A DNA stretch of 64,000 nucleotides from Eledone cirrhosa. Taxonomy: Eukaryota. Positions 22,587 through 36,440 of the stretch are shown here, one piece after another. Every line of letters starts with the position of its first letter. Positions within the stretch are counted from its first letter, which is position 1. Where the stretch lies: assembly GCA_964016885.1 (NCBI GenBank), contig OZ024742.1, positions 70,742,001 to 70,806,000 of the forward strand, in the 5' to 3' direction. A program made the position numbers and the translations under genes. The notes under the pieces were generated by a model, which was given only the letters and a program-made list of their open reading frames with translations, had not been told where the DNA came from and did not search any database.

Positions 22587-24746
22587 CTACCCTGTGTGAG
22601 TATTCATATGACGAGTTAAACCATAAGTCTTAGAAAATGTTTTACCACAGATATCACAATGGTATGGTTTCTCACCAGTGTGAGAACGCATGTGAGTAGT
22701 CAAGTGATAGTTAAAAGAGAATGTTTTATCACAGATATTACAGGGGTATGGTTTCTCACCTGTATGTGTACGCTCATGACGAGTTAAGCTATAATTCCTC
22801 GAAAATGTTTTACCACAGATATCACAGTGGTATGATGTAGGTACATGAGTACGTTTGTGAATAGTTACGGTATCTTTACCACATCTATCATATGGGTATG
22901 GTTTCTCATCTGTGTGTGTTTGTATGTGACTATTTAAATGATAATTCTGAGAAAATGTTTTACCACATATATCACAGCGGTATGGTTTGTCACCTGTGTG
23001 AGTACGAATGTGACGATTTAAGTGATACTTCGAAGGAAACTTTTTACCACAGATGTCACAATGGTGTGGTTTCTTATCTCTGGGAGTAAGATTGGGGACA
23101 GTCAATTCCTCATTCTGAGAGAAATTTTTCAAATGGATATCATGTTGGTATGGCTTCTTACATGTATGCATATTTATGTGACTAGTTAAGCGATAATTCT
23201 GAGAAAATGATTTACCACATATGTCACACTTGTATGGTTTCTCATCTGTGTGTGTAAGTGCATGACGATTTAAGCTGTAAATCCGAGAAAATGTTTTACC
23301 ACAGATGTCACAGGGGTATGGTTTCTCACCTGTGTGAGTACGTATATGAAAAATTAAATGAGACTTCTTAGAAAATCTTTTACCACAGATATCACAGTGA
23401 CATGGTTTCTCACTTGCATGGATACGCTTGTGACGAATTAAGTGAACATTCTTAGAAAAAGTTTTACCACAGATATCACAGTGGTATGGTTTTTCACGTG
23501 TATGAGTAAGTTTGTGACGATTTAAGCTGTAATTTGTAGAAAATGTTTTACCACAGATATCACAGTAGCATGATATCTCACCTGTGTGGGTACGTATATG
23601 ATGTATTAATTGAGTATTCTTAGAAAATGTTTTATCACAGATATCACATTCATATTGTTTCTCTCCTGAGTGCGCAAGTTTGTTGACAGTTAATTCTCCA
23701 TTCTGATAGAATGTCTCCGCATAGGTATCATCATAGTAATGTTTCTCACCTGTATGGATTCGTATGTGACTAGTTAAGTGATAATTCCGAGAGAATGTTT
23801 TACCACAGATATCACAATGATATGGTTTCTCACCTGTGTGAGTACGTTTGTGACTAGTTAAATGAAAATTGAGAGAGAATCCTTTGCCACAGATATCACA
23901 ATGGTATGATTTCTCACCTGTGTGAGTCAGTCCATGACGATTTAAGCTGTAAATCCGAGAAAATGATTTACCACAGATGTCACAGTTGTATGGTTTTTCA
24001 CCAGTGTGAGTACGTATATGAAAAATTAAGTGCGACTTCTTAGAAAATGTTTTACCACAGATATCGCAGTGGTATGGTTTCTCACCTGTGTGAGTACGTA
24101 TATGATGTATAAATTGAGAATTCTTAGAAAATGTTTTACCACAGATATCACAGTGGTATGGTTTCTCACCTGTATGTTTATGACGTGTTAAGTGAGAATT
24201 CTTAAATGTTTCACCAGAGATTTCACTGTGATATAGTTTCTCTCTTGCATGTGTAAGTTTGTGACGAGTTAAGCTGTAATTCCTAGAAAATGTTTTAGCA
24301 CAGATGTCACAACAATAAGGTTTCTTACCTGTGTGAGTACGTATGTGAGTGGTTAAGTGATAATTGTGAGAAAATGCTTTACCACAAATATCACAGTGAT
24401 ATGGTTTATCACCTGTGTGTGTACGTTTGTGACGAGTTAAGTGAGGCTTCTTAGGAAATGATTTACTACAGATATCACACTGGTATGGTTTTTCACCTGT
24501 GTGAATACGTATGTGATGTTCTAAGTCCCTATTTTCAGAAAATGATTTACTACAAATACCGCATTCATAAACATTTGAGCTTGTGTGATGTGAATTGGGT
24601 TCATTGATGTCTCCACTTGTGACTATCTTTGTGTTGATGTCACAATGATATGGCTTCTTATCTACATCTTCAAATTCGTGAGGAAATTCATTATTCTCAC
24701 ATTGTGTTTCTTTATAAACATGACTTTCACACAGTCTCTCCTTCAT
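22587..24746 (-). CDS. C2H2 zinc-finger protein (ZNF-3), 719 aa, 20 intact and 4 degenerate fingers
   Basis: Intact ORF; same leader family (MKERLCESHVYKETQCENNEFPHEFEDVDKKPYHCDINTK). Confidence 0.95.
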   Translation of the reverse strand: MKERLCESHVYKETQCENNEFPHEFEDVDKKPYHCDINTKIVTSGDINEPNSHHTSSNVYECGICSKSFSENRDLEHHIRIHTGEKPYQCDICSKSFPKKPHLTRHKRTHTGDKPYHCDICGKAFSHNYHLTTHIRTHTGKKPYCCDICAKTFSRNYSLTRHKLTHAREKLYHSEISGETFKNSHLTRHKHTGEKPYHCDICGKTFSKNSQFIHHIRTHTGEKPYHCDICGKTFSKKSHLIFHIRTHTGEKPYNCDICGKSFSRIYSLNRHGLTHTGEKSYHCDICGKGFSLNFHLTSHKRTHTGEKPYHCDICGKTFSRNYHLTSHIRIHTGEKHYYDDTYAETFYQNGELTVNKLAHSGEKQYECDICDKTFSKNTQLIHHIRTHTGEISCYCDICGKTFSTNYSLNRHKLTHTREKPYHCDICGKTFSKNVHLIRHKRIHASEKPCHCDICGKRFSKKSHLIFHIRTHTGEKPYPCDICGKTFSRIYSLNRHALTHTDEKPYKCDICGKSFSQNYRLTSHINMHTCKKPYQHDIHLKNFSQNEELTVPNLTPRDKKPHHCDICGKKFPSKYHLNRHIRTHTGDKPYRCDICGKTFSQNYHLNSHIQTHTDEKPYPYDRCGKDTVTIHKRTHVPTSYHCDICGKTFSRNYSLTRHERTHTGEKPYPCNICDKTFSFNYHLTTHMRSHTGEKPYHCDICGKTFSKTYGLTRHMNTHTG

Positions 24747-25519
24747 AATGTCAGTTGTTGTTCAAAAGTACAAATAAAACTCCTTTATATTCATTTTTGA
24801 AGTCCACCGAGGAAATATATTTCAAATCAACTTGAAAAAGTTTCTGTTAAGCTAGATAACCTCTGTCATATGTCTTTTCATAAAGTGATTCTTCAGTTTT
24901 TCATATTCAGTATTTGTTGGGCGTTTGTTGTGCGAGAAATTTTCACATTAATAGTACCTGAAATATATAGACAGTAGAATATGTAACAGACAAATAATTG
25001 TTAACAGAAAGTGTATTAGAGAAAAGTCACTCTACTAGATATATTGTATAAAGTAGTAAACTAATAAAATATTTGTTACCATCCTGATAGACAGCTGCTG
25101 AAAAAGCCATCATTATTTTTAACATTCAATTTGATTTGATTTATAGGCATAATTATTAGACATGCTGAAATGTTCACTTACAAAATGTTGTCTATGCACC
25201 ACACAATGAATACAACTAAACTAAGATAGTAAGCTATCATTGATGATATTCCATCAGTAACACATACAATATTGTTCAATGGTACATTATATTTTGCAAA
25301 ATAGTTTTACAGCATTAAATATTGAAAATCCCTTTGCATCTGAAATAATTTCATCAAAGAAGTGTACATCATCATGTCTTCCCTGATACCAAGGATGCTT
25401 TTTATCATAACACCAACAGGTTGTCATTCATTGAGACAACTGAGTAATTTTCCCAGCCCCTTGTTTGGCAAGTTTTCTACAGCAGGATGCTCTTCCTATC
25501 ACCCACCACTTCACAGCAT

Positions 25520-27420
25520 GTATTGGGTGTATTTTATTGTGTTCATACCAACAATAAGAGGTTATGCCCTCGACACAATTTAAGTTTGATTTCTGCTGCT
25601 GGATTCCCTTCCTATTACCAACCAGCTTACAGAGTGTATTGGGTACACTTTTCGTGACACCAGCACTAGACAGATTGTTGTGTCTTGATTGAAGGGTCCT
25701 CTCTACCCTATAGGGAGGAGACATGATGAGGTTGGGGCAAGTAGAAAGTATGTCATGGGTTAGTGACAACATGAGAGGCAATGACAGGTATAGTGTCATG
25801 GGTGTAACACAAGTATGGTGGGGTTCAAAGTAGGAATGTGAGGAGACAGGTGAGAAAGCATGTCATGGGCATATAAAAAGTGTGGTGGAATTTGACAGGT
25901 TGGTGAGAGAGATGATCTTGTATAGTGTGGGCAGTACTGTGATGAATCCGAACAGTTACTAAAGAGTTATGGCTGGTGTGTTAAGATTTAGAAGGGTTGG
26001 AGTGGGGTGATTGTGGGTAGAGAGGGAGAGTGATCTTGGATAGAGCTGGATCATGCGAACAGCTTCTAAGGAGTTATGGCTGGTGTGTTAGGATTTAGAT
26101 ATGGTACGTGAGTGGGTGGTGATCTGGATGGGTATCATCATCATCGTTTAGCGTGGAAGATGGATGTTAAATGATGATGATGATACCCATCCAGATCACC
26201 ACCCACTCACATACCATATCTAAATCCTAACACACCAGCCATAACTCCTTAGAAGCTGTTCGCATCATCCAGTTCTATCCAAGATCACTCCCCCTCTCTA
26301 CCCACAATCACCCCACCTCCAACCCATTCTAAATCTAAACACACCAGCCATAACTCTTTAGTAACTGTTCGGATTCTTCACAGTACTGCCCACACTACAC
26401 TGATGAAAATAATTACTAAGGAGCAGTAGTGGAGAGGGGGCCTAAATGGGTCAGGTCACATCTTTAAACTGGTAAGAAAGCTTCTCCAGTACTTCATGTT
26501 GTTAATCATCATGGTCCTTTGACATCTCTAGGTTATACCCCTAGGTAACAAAAGCTGTCAACAACATCTAGGTAGCCTCCCAATGTTCACTTCTCCTGTA
26601 CATCTGCTACTTACAAAGTCTATCTTCTCTGTTAACATGGCTGTAATCCCACTACATCTCTTGTGCATCCATAGATTACACTGTGTGCAGCAAATGGAAT
26701 TTCAGCCCACCCCCTTTTGACATACTTAACATATCAGGTTCCTGTCTTTTTCCCTACTTATTAGGATTTTAGTCTTCATCACTTTTAGACCTTTCGATTC
26801 TAGGATTTTCTTCTATGTTTGAAATTTTGCCTATAACTCTTCTACTGATTCAGCTATAAGAGCAAGATCATCAGCAGACAAGAGCTCCCACAGAGTACAA
26901 GTCTTAAACTCCTCTATTATGCTCATGAGAAGAATGATAAAGACATGGTATGAGGACTGAGTCCTAGTGGACACCTACTAATTCTTCAAATTCATCACTG
27001 TTATTGCCTACTCGTATCTTGGCATGCACAGCCCTCATGTACCATTTGCCTAAAGCTAGCTTCCTTAACACCCATCAGATTACAGAACAGGGGATCCTGT
27101 CAAAGGTCTTCTCCTCATCCACAAAAGCCAGGTACAGAGGCTTACACTTAGCTATGTATGCCTTTTGTAGTTATCACGAGGAAGAGGGCATCAGTAGTCC
27201 CCTACCTGGCATAAAGTAAAACTGCAACTCATCTAACTTGATTCTGTTTCTGATTAGTTGTGCTATAAAATTTATAGTAATTTTCATGATCTAGTCTATC
27301 AACCTGATGCCATAGTAGTTATCTCTCTCTCATAAATCTCCTCTGTTCTTGTTCCAGTTTACAATGATACTCTGCAGTAGTTATTGGGTATGATACCATC
27401 TACTACTTGATTAAATATGC
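25520..27420 (-). mobile_element. Old degraded RTE-type LINE in the putative ZNF-3 intron
   Basis: Minus-strand RT remnants at about 26650-27400 (EKTFDRIP, ELLSADDLAL) and a degenerate tail motif at about 25600. Confidence 0.65.
25920..26400. repeat. Long palindrome, arms of about 235 bp, 9-nt loop
   Basis: 25920-26154 is the near-exact reverse complement of 26164-26400. Confidence 0.95.
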
Positions 27421-28372
27421 CTCATACTAATATGATTATGCTAAAAACGTCCATCATAATAGGATGGACGTTTTTAGCATAATGCATTGTTACTTTGTTT
27501 TCTTCCAAGCACTACCACCTGTGGGCTATCACCTATACACATATCTTCCCAAGACTACTCATGCTCACATTACAAATACCTACATACATATATGGAGGTT
27601 GGTAACTGCCTCAAAGTTGTCAGCCCGTTTCTAACTTTGTCAAGGGAGCAATAATTTAAAAGACCTGATTATGTGTGGAGGATGTGGCAAGTGGAAAGGG
27701 GGATTCAATATGGGATAGCAGCAAGGGAAGAAGGAAGCTAATCAGATTTCACTAGATATACTGATTGAAACACAAAACTAAATTTAGATTAGTTACCAAC
27801 AAATGTAATTTAATAAGACCTTACTAAAAATTTGGTTGCCTGCATAGAGGACATATTTTAGATTGATATGAAAAAGTGGTATTCCTCTCAGGTAATTTTT
27901 ATGATTTCACATGCGTGCAATCAGCTTTAAGTACTAGCTGGCTGGGCTCAGAAAGAGGGGGAGGTTTAGTGAGAGGAGGGCAGGTGAAACAAATCTAGGA
28001 TAAATGCTAATTTACAGGATTAAATTATTTAAAGTTCTTAAACGTAGAGACAATTAAATTAGATTAGTTACCAACAAATATAGTGAATATCATTGCTTGA
28101 AGGTGATACAAGAAATTTTGTGTAACATTTCATACAAGACACATTTTAGATTGATATGGGACAGTGGTATTTCTCTGTCCAGTGCTTTGGTGTACATGTG
28201 CCATTTATCAACAGAGAATTATTGTTTGTTATGTTGCACAAAAGAGAGACTAGGGTTGTAAATACAGATGGCATATGGAGGCTGAGAGAAACGAAGTTAG
28301 CATGCTCAATTGGATGTACACAACAGATGCTGTGTACCAGAGAGAAGACTCTGCTGGTATGGTCATATAATG

Positions 28373-28529
28373 CAGGCATGTCAAATTGAGGGTCCCCCGA
28401 GGACCACATATGTATTGTCTGAGGGTTACACACGACAACTAATTTTACGAAGATAAAACATGCTCGCGCTGTAAAACCCTTTGTGCGACTGCAGGTGTGC
28501 CTGTAAAGGCAGCATGTTTGACATGCCTG
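28373..28529. mobile_element. hAT-type MITE
   Basis: 13-bp TIRs CAGGCATGTCAAA / TTTGACATGCCTG; imperfect 8-bp TSD ATATAATG / GTGTAATG; sits in an old RTE fragment. Confidence 0.8.
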
Positions 28530-29094
28530 GTGTAATGCATATAGACGATAATTGCTGGCTGAAGAAGTGTCAAAATATACTAGTGGAAGGGAACTGCAGT
28601 AGAAGACCAATGAAGTGAGACCCACCCGGTGCATGCGTTTTGAATGGCAGTATGACGCTCTCAAAGTACAATATGTTTCAACACACGATTTCACATCAAG
28701 AATCTTGTAAATTAAATACGAGAAAGTATATATACATATACGTGTGTGTGTGCGCGCGCATATGGCTGGCAATCGAGCAATATGGAGTAGAGAATTCTCC
28801 ATCTTCTAGTGTTGGCGCTACGATAATATGCATCCAATACACCATGTTATTTTGTCTTAGGACGGACATCCAGTCGTAGAAACAATGCCAAATATGGAAC
28901 GTATGAATAAGATGAGCTCTCTCAGACACGTTTAGTCTCAGACTGTGACAACGCGTCGAACAGATGTCAGCGCGTAAAATGACAATGATGACGCACATGA
29001 GTTGCTGAGAACATATACATGTGTGGAGCAACTGTTGAGAGTTTAGTTAACTAATTTGGGACTGCTCCTCCACCCTCATTTTAACAAACTCTTC

Positions 29095-29430
29095 CAAACA
29101 AACAAATGTACTTTAAATATCACATATACAATGCAGATAATTATACTAATAATACTTACTAATACAGACCAAATGGGGAACATGTCAAATATAGGTTAGT
29201 CAGAACGTGAGAATGGATAATAACATACTCAAAAGTACTTCAATCTCTTACAGAAAACGTTAAATTATATATAAGTATGTATTAAATTGTATTTTCAGAT
29301 TAATATAGTAAAGAATAGCGTATCATGTACGTTACAGTTGCAAAAGCAATGTAGATATCAATAAAACAACATAACAGGAAGTGAACTAAATTTGGGAATA
29401 GTTAATGGCTGTCAAGGGAAGTAACTCGTT
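29095..29430 (-). promoter_or_regulatory. Putative first exon and promoter module of ZNF-3
   Basis: GTAAGT donor on minus strand at 29154-29159; CAGGAAGTGAA at 29375; GGGAAGTAACTC at about 29416. Confidence 0.55.
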
Positions 29431-29598
29431 TCTGGTGTTAACCGTCTTTTAAAGAAATGTCTTCACCACAATCAGGAAATATTTCATACTCCCTTTCTCT
29501 CTGACAAAAAGTATGCCATGAAACTTAAGATTCTCTCTCTCTCTATCTCTCTCTCACACACACATACACATATATCATCATCATCATCGTTTAACGTC

Positions 29599-30462
29599 TA
29601 TGACGACGCCCTCGGAGAAGCCCTAGGCATGGAGGAAGACGAACTGGCCAACCTGACATTCAGCCCAGGACCCATGGATAACTTCCAGAGGTCTCTGGCC
29701 TGGCAGTGCTACCGAGGGGCTCTGCCCGTTCGAGAAAGGCTCTACAGACACGGGCGCCCGGGTAGGGACCCTTCGAAAAAGATCTGTCCCAGATGATGCG
29801 TGTGCGACGAGGAAACCGTTGCACACGCATTGGTACACTGCTCGGGCATTGCCGATCTGTGGGGCTATGTCGAACAACTGCTGTCAAGGGTGGGACCGAT
29901 CCGGTTGACCACCGAGTCTATTGTAACGATCAAGCCGCCTCCCCTCTTCAAAAACGAAGAAGAGGCGGTGTTTCTGTGCGTAGTAGCCATGGCGAAAGAG
30001 GTTGTATGGTGGACGCGTCTGAAAGGACTGAGGTCAGACACCTTTCTCTCTGGCCACAACTGGTCCGTTTCTTCAGATATCATTTCGGAAGAAGGATCAG
30101 GATGGAGAGAGAGGTGCTGCACCCCAGCCGTTTCTATGAAACATGGGTGAAAGTGGGGAGAATGGCCTGTGTGAATGGGCCTTCACTCTACATCAAACTG
30201 TAGGTGAGAAAGATGAAAGTTCATGGGAGCACCCTCTCTCTGTGCTCCTGAGAAGAAGGGTTGCACACTTTTTTTGGAGGTGTGTGCGACCCCCCAAGGC
30301 GCCTCCTCCCTATTGAGGATTTTGTTTTTCAATTTATTTTTGTTATATTTTATATTTTTATATTTTGTTATTGCCTCCTCATTGAGGACGCCTTGTTATG
30401 TAAACTCCTCCCTTTGTATTTGTCCCACTCTTTGATGCCCTGGTGGCAAATAAAAAGAAAGT
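29599..30462 (+). mobile_element. L1/Tx1-like LINE 3' end
   Basis: LAWQCYRGALPVRERL..CPR..CDEETVAHALVHC (zf-RVT-like CCHC region), frameshifted; T-rich UTR and AATAAA. Confidence 0.8.
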
Positions 30463-30705
30463 TATATATATACATATCTCATTTCTACAGCTGAGTAAAC
30501 TGGAGCAACGTGAAATAAAGTGTCTTGCTCAAGGAAACAACACATCACCGGGTCTGAGAATTGAACTCACAACCTATATATATATATTGTGGAAGATGGA
30601 CGTTAAACGATGATGATGGTGATATATATATATAGGTTGAGAATATATATATATATATATAGGTGAGAATTGAACTCACAACCTATATATATATATATAT
30701 ATATA

Positions 30706-30993
30706 GGTTGTGAGTTCAATTCTCAGACCGGGTGATGTGTTGTTTCCTTGAGCAAGACACTTTATTTCACGTTGCTCTAGTTTACGCAGCTGTAGAAATG
30801 AGATGATAGGACAGGGGTCCATGTCATTCCACAGCAAAGTGGTCGTGGATGTGCCACGGCAAAAAAGCACCCAACGCTCACTGTAAATGAGGTTGGTGTT
30901 AGGATGGCCATCAAGCTGTAAAAAAACAAGTCAGAATCAGTGCCCGTTCCACCCTTGCAAGCAGGGAAATCGGGCGTAAAATGATGATGATGA
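30706..30993 (+). mobile_element. SINE family 2 (tRNA head, RTE-like tail), 5'-truncated
   Basis: Matches 47017-47318; an inverted partial copy lies at 30477-30575. Confidence 0.85.
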
Positions 30994-31230
30994 TATACAT
31001 ACATATATACATATATATACACAGAATAACAGGTTATCGTTATAGGCAGTCATATATATATATATATATAGAGACATAGATATATATATATATATAGATA
31101 TAGATATATATATATATATATATCGATATAGATATATATATATCAATATAGATATACAGTATATATATATAGAGAGAGATATAGATATAGATATAGATAG
31201 ATATATATAGATATATATATAGATATATAT

Positions 31231-32946
31231 AAGGTCATGAAGGTCACGGAAAAAGTAATAGCGCAACTAATCAGAGAGAGAATTGATCTAGATGAAATGC
31301 AGTTCGGGTTTGTGTCAGGCAAAAGTACCACAGACGCTCTTTTCATTGTACGACAATTACAGGAGAAGTACCTAGCTAAAAGTAAACCCCTATACTTAGC
31401 TTTTGTCGACTTGGAGAAAGTCTTCGACAGAGTCCCCCGTTCCATTATCTGGTGGGCCCTTAGAAAACTAGGTGTTGACGAATAGCTTGTGAGAGCTATA
31501 CAAGCCATGTATAAAGAAACAGTCAGCAAGGTTAGAATTAACAACGAATATAGTGAAGAGTTTAGCGTAAAAGTTGGTGTTCATCAGGGCTCTGTTCTTA
31601 GCCCCCTACTATTTATTATTGCCCTTCAGGCTATAACAGTGGAGTTCAAGACCGGCTGCCCATGGGAACTCCTATACGCAGATGATCTAACACTCATAGC
31701 TGAATCAATGGCCTAGCTCGAGAAGAAATTCCAAACATGGAAGCAAGGCCTAGAATCAAAAGGCCTTAAAGTTAACCTGGCTAAGACTAAAGTTCTAGTT
31801 TGTAGGAAAGGGGTAGGTAGAAACTCCATTTTATGTCCCAAATGCAAAGTATGGGTGCATAAAAGATGTAGTGGGATCACAGGTAAGCTAACTAAGAACA
31901 TAGATTTTAGATGTGGCCGGTGCTCTGGTGCAATAAGTAGCAGCAAGTGCCCCAAAAAAATACTAGCTCTTTCAATTGCGCAGAGGATTCTATAGAAATA
32001 GTGGACAGCTTCCGTTACCTGGGTGACAAAATCAGCAGTGGGGGAGGGTGCTCTGAAAGTACAGTAGCTAGAGTCAGAACTGGATGGAAAAAGTTCAGAG
32101 AGCTTATACCACTATTAGCCGCTAAGGGGTTCTCCCTAAAAATGAAAGGCAGGCTGTATGATGCCTGCATACGAACAGCAATGTTGCATAGCAGTGAGAC
32201 CTGGGCATTGTGTGCAGAGGATATATGCAGACTGGAGAGGAACGAAGCTTGCATGCTCCGCTGGATGTGTAATAGTAATATACGTGAACGGCAAAGCATA
32301 AACGAACTAAGGAAAAAATTAGAAATAAGAGGGATCAGATGTTGTTTACTCGAGAGAAGGCTACGTTGGTATGGACACGTGATGCGCATGAAAGTCGATA
32401 GCTGTATAACAAAGTGCAGGGCAAAAAAGATAGACGGTAGCCACGGAATAGGCAGACCTAGAAAAACCTGGGACGACCTGATAAACTCCAACCTCACACA
32501 CTTACACCTCTCCAAGACAATGTCACTGGACCGAGACCTTTGGCGGTACTCAGTAATAGAGAAGACCCGCCTTACCTAAATACATAGTAAAACCTACTAC
32601 AGTCAGTAGGCATCTTTAACAAAATACACCCCCGTCCCACCACCCCCACCCCATCCACACCGCCCCCTTCTATGTAAAGTTATGTTGGTGCCACACCATC
32701 CAGGCCGAAACAAATGAGATCGTGTAGGTGTCACGACAAAAAAACACACAGTCCACGCTGTAATGTGGCCGTGTATGCAACACAGTAAAAACCTCCCAGA
32801 CCCACACTGTAAATGTGGTTGGTGTTAGGAAGGGCATCCAACTGTAGAAAACCTGCCAGACAGTCCTATGCGAGCAAGACAATCACTCTTGCCTCAAGTG
32901 GGAAAACCCCCGTCCAAACCCATGCAAGCATGGAACACGGACGTTA
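31231..32946 (+). mobile_element. RTE LINE subfamily B, 5'-truncated, with stops and a short deletion
   Basis: RT ORF pieces 31237-31485, 31489-31716, 31947-32579; B-type 3'UTR; (TA)n on both sides. Confidence 0.93.
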
Positions 32947-32957
32947 TATATATATAT

Positions 32958-32995
<38 letters not shown>

Positions 32996-33015
32996 TTATG
33001 TATACATTATATATA

Positions 33016-33930
33016 TCTATATATATAAAACTGTGGTTGTCTGTCTGTCTATCGATTTTTGGCACACATCTCCTCTTAGAATCTCTCACGGAATTGCACC
33101 GAAATTGCTAGACTTGTACATTGAGCCCTAGCGAAAACATCGGAAAAAAAAATATTTCAAATTGACCCACCCTATGTGACGAAATCGAATATAATGTATC
33201 GATTTTTGAGCGTAAGTTATCAGTTATTTCCCTTTGTTCTGTTTACATTGAGCGTCTTACGTAAAAAATTACGCTGGCTTTCTCAGCGTTTAAAATGACA
33301 TTAACACAATACACGAACAGACAGTTGTCGAGCCAGCAAAATATTGACCTGCAAAATTCATCAGTTCGAACACTAAGCTTCCGTTTTGCTTCATTTCCAT
33401 TTAAAAGCATTTTAAAACAATATTTTTACTTGAAAACAAGTCTATTTAAAGACTACGTAAAACAAGCAAATATTTCGTCGTTAGGCGTGCAGACAGACAG
33501 TCGTGCAGACAGACAGTCGTGCAGAGAGGTGATATACGCGTGCAGACAGACAGTCGTGCAGAGAGGTGATATAGGCGTGCAGACAGACAGTCGTGCAGAG
33601 AGGTGATATAGGCGTGCAGACAGACATAACTGATAATTTGGTTACGCTAATGTTTTTCTCTGCGTTGCAGTGTTTACATTTTCGATCTTTGTTAATAAAT
33701 AACCAGTGCAGTTTCTATCCCCAGCATCCTCTTTTGTTATAACATTCGGGTTATCGTTATGTGTTCTTAACTTCACAAGGCATATTGTTGGTTGAGGGAA
33801 TATTAATCAAAAACACCACATGCAAGTCTGCACAGTAGACACTACAGTTTTTAAGCCAAGAAAGAAACTTAACATTGTAACTTTAACACAGCTACTGAGC
33901 GACCCCGAGCAACGCCGGGCTTTACTGCTA

Positions 33931-33931
<1 letters not shown>
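33016..33931 (+). mobile_element. Non-autonomous Helitron (916 bp)
   Basis: A|TCTATATATATAAAA 5' end; CCCCGAGCAACGCCGGG hairpin then CTAG|T 3' end; no TSD; internal 37-bp tandem repeat. Confidence 0.85.
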
Positions 33932-35008
<1,077 letters not shown>

Positions 35009-36440
35009 AGTTGGCGTCCATCAGGGCTCTGTTCTCAGCCCACTACTATTTATTATTGCCCTTCAGGCTATAACAGAGGAGTTCAAGACAGGCTGCCCAT
35101 GGGAACTCCTATACGCAGACGACCTGACACTCATAGCGGAATCAATGGCCGAGCTAGAGAAGAAATTCCAAACATGGAAGCACGGCCTAGAGTCAAAAGG
35201 ACTTAAAATTAACCTGGCTTAGACCAAAGTACTAGTTTGTAGGAAAGAAAACAAGGCGGCGGTCCCTTCTGGGAAATGGTCGTGCTCGGTGTGTAGGAAA
35301 GGCGTAGGTAGAAACTCCATTTTATGTCCTAAATGCAAAGTATGGGGGCATAAAAGATGTAGTGGGATCACAGGTAAGCTAACTAAGAACATAGATTTTA
35401 CATGTGGCCGGTGCTCTGGTGCAATAAGTAGCAGCAAGTGCCCACAAACTACTAGCTCTTTCAATTGCGCAGAGGGTTCTATAGAAATAGTGGACAGCTT
35501 CCGTTACCTGGGCGATAAAATCAGCAGTGGGGGAGGGTGCTCTGAAAGTACTGTAGCTAGAGTCAGAACTGGTTGGAAAAAGTTCAGAGAGCTTATACCA
35601 CTATTAGCTGCTAAAGGGTTCTCACTAAAAATGAAAGGCAGGTTGTACGATGCCTGCATACGAACAGCAATGCTGCACGGCAGTGAGACCTGGGCATTGT
35701 GTGCAGAGGATATACGCAGACTAGAGAGGAACGAAGCTTGCATGCTCCGCTGGATGTGTAACAGTAACATACGTGAACAGCAAAGCATAAACGAACTAAG
35801 GAAAAAATTAGAGATAAGAGGGATCAGATGTTGTTTACTCGAGAGAAGGCTACGTTGGTATGGACACGTGATGCGCATGAAAGTCGATAGCTGTATAACA
35901 AAGTGCAGGGCAATAAAGATAGACGGTAGTCACGGAATAGGCAGACCTAGGAAAACCTGGGACGAGCTGATAAACTCCGACATCACACACTTACACCTCT
36001 CCAAGACAATGTCACTGGACCGAGACCTTTGGCGGTACTCAGTAACAGAGAAGACCCGCCTACCTAAATATATAGTAAAACCTACTCCAGCCAGTAGGCA
36101 TCTCTAACAAAATACACCCCGTCCCACCACCCCCGCCCCCACCCCATCCACACCACCCCGTTCTATGTAAAGTTATGTTGGTGCCGCGCCATCGAGGCCG
36201 AAACAAATGAGATCGTGTAGGTGTCACGACAAAAAAACACACAGTCCACGCTGTAATGTGGCCGTGTAGGCAACACGGTAAAATGTGGTTGGTGTTAGGA
36301 AGGGCATCCAACTGTAGAAAACCTGCCAGACAGTCCTATGCGAGCAAGACAATCACTCTTGCCTCAAGTGGGACTACCCCCGTCCAAACCCATGCAAGCG
36401 TGGAACACGGACGTTAAACGTTGATGATGATGATGATGAT

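Noticed and set aside
27770-28175. Two diverged direct repeats of about 130 bp
   Set aside because: Ordinary local duplication with no further signal.
28146-28802. 218-aa minus-strand ORF
   Set aside because: Spans an RTE remnant, a MITE and a microsatellite; a chance open frame.
33484-33625. CRISPR-like 37-bp repeats
   Set aside because: Head-to-tail with no unique spacers, inside a Helitron in a eukaryote; no cas genes.
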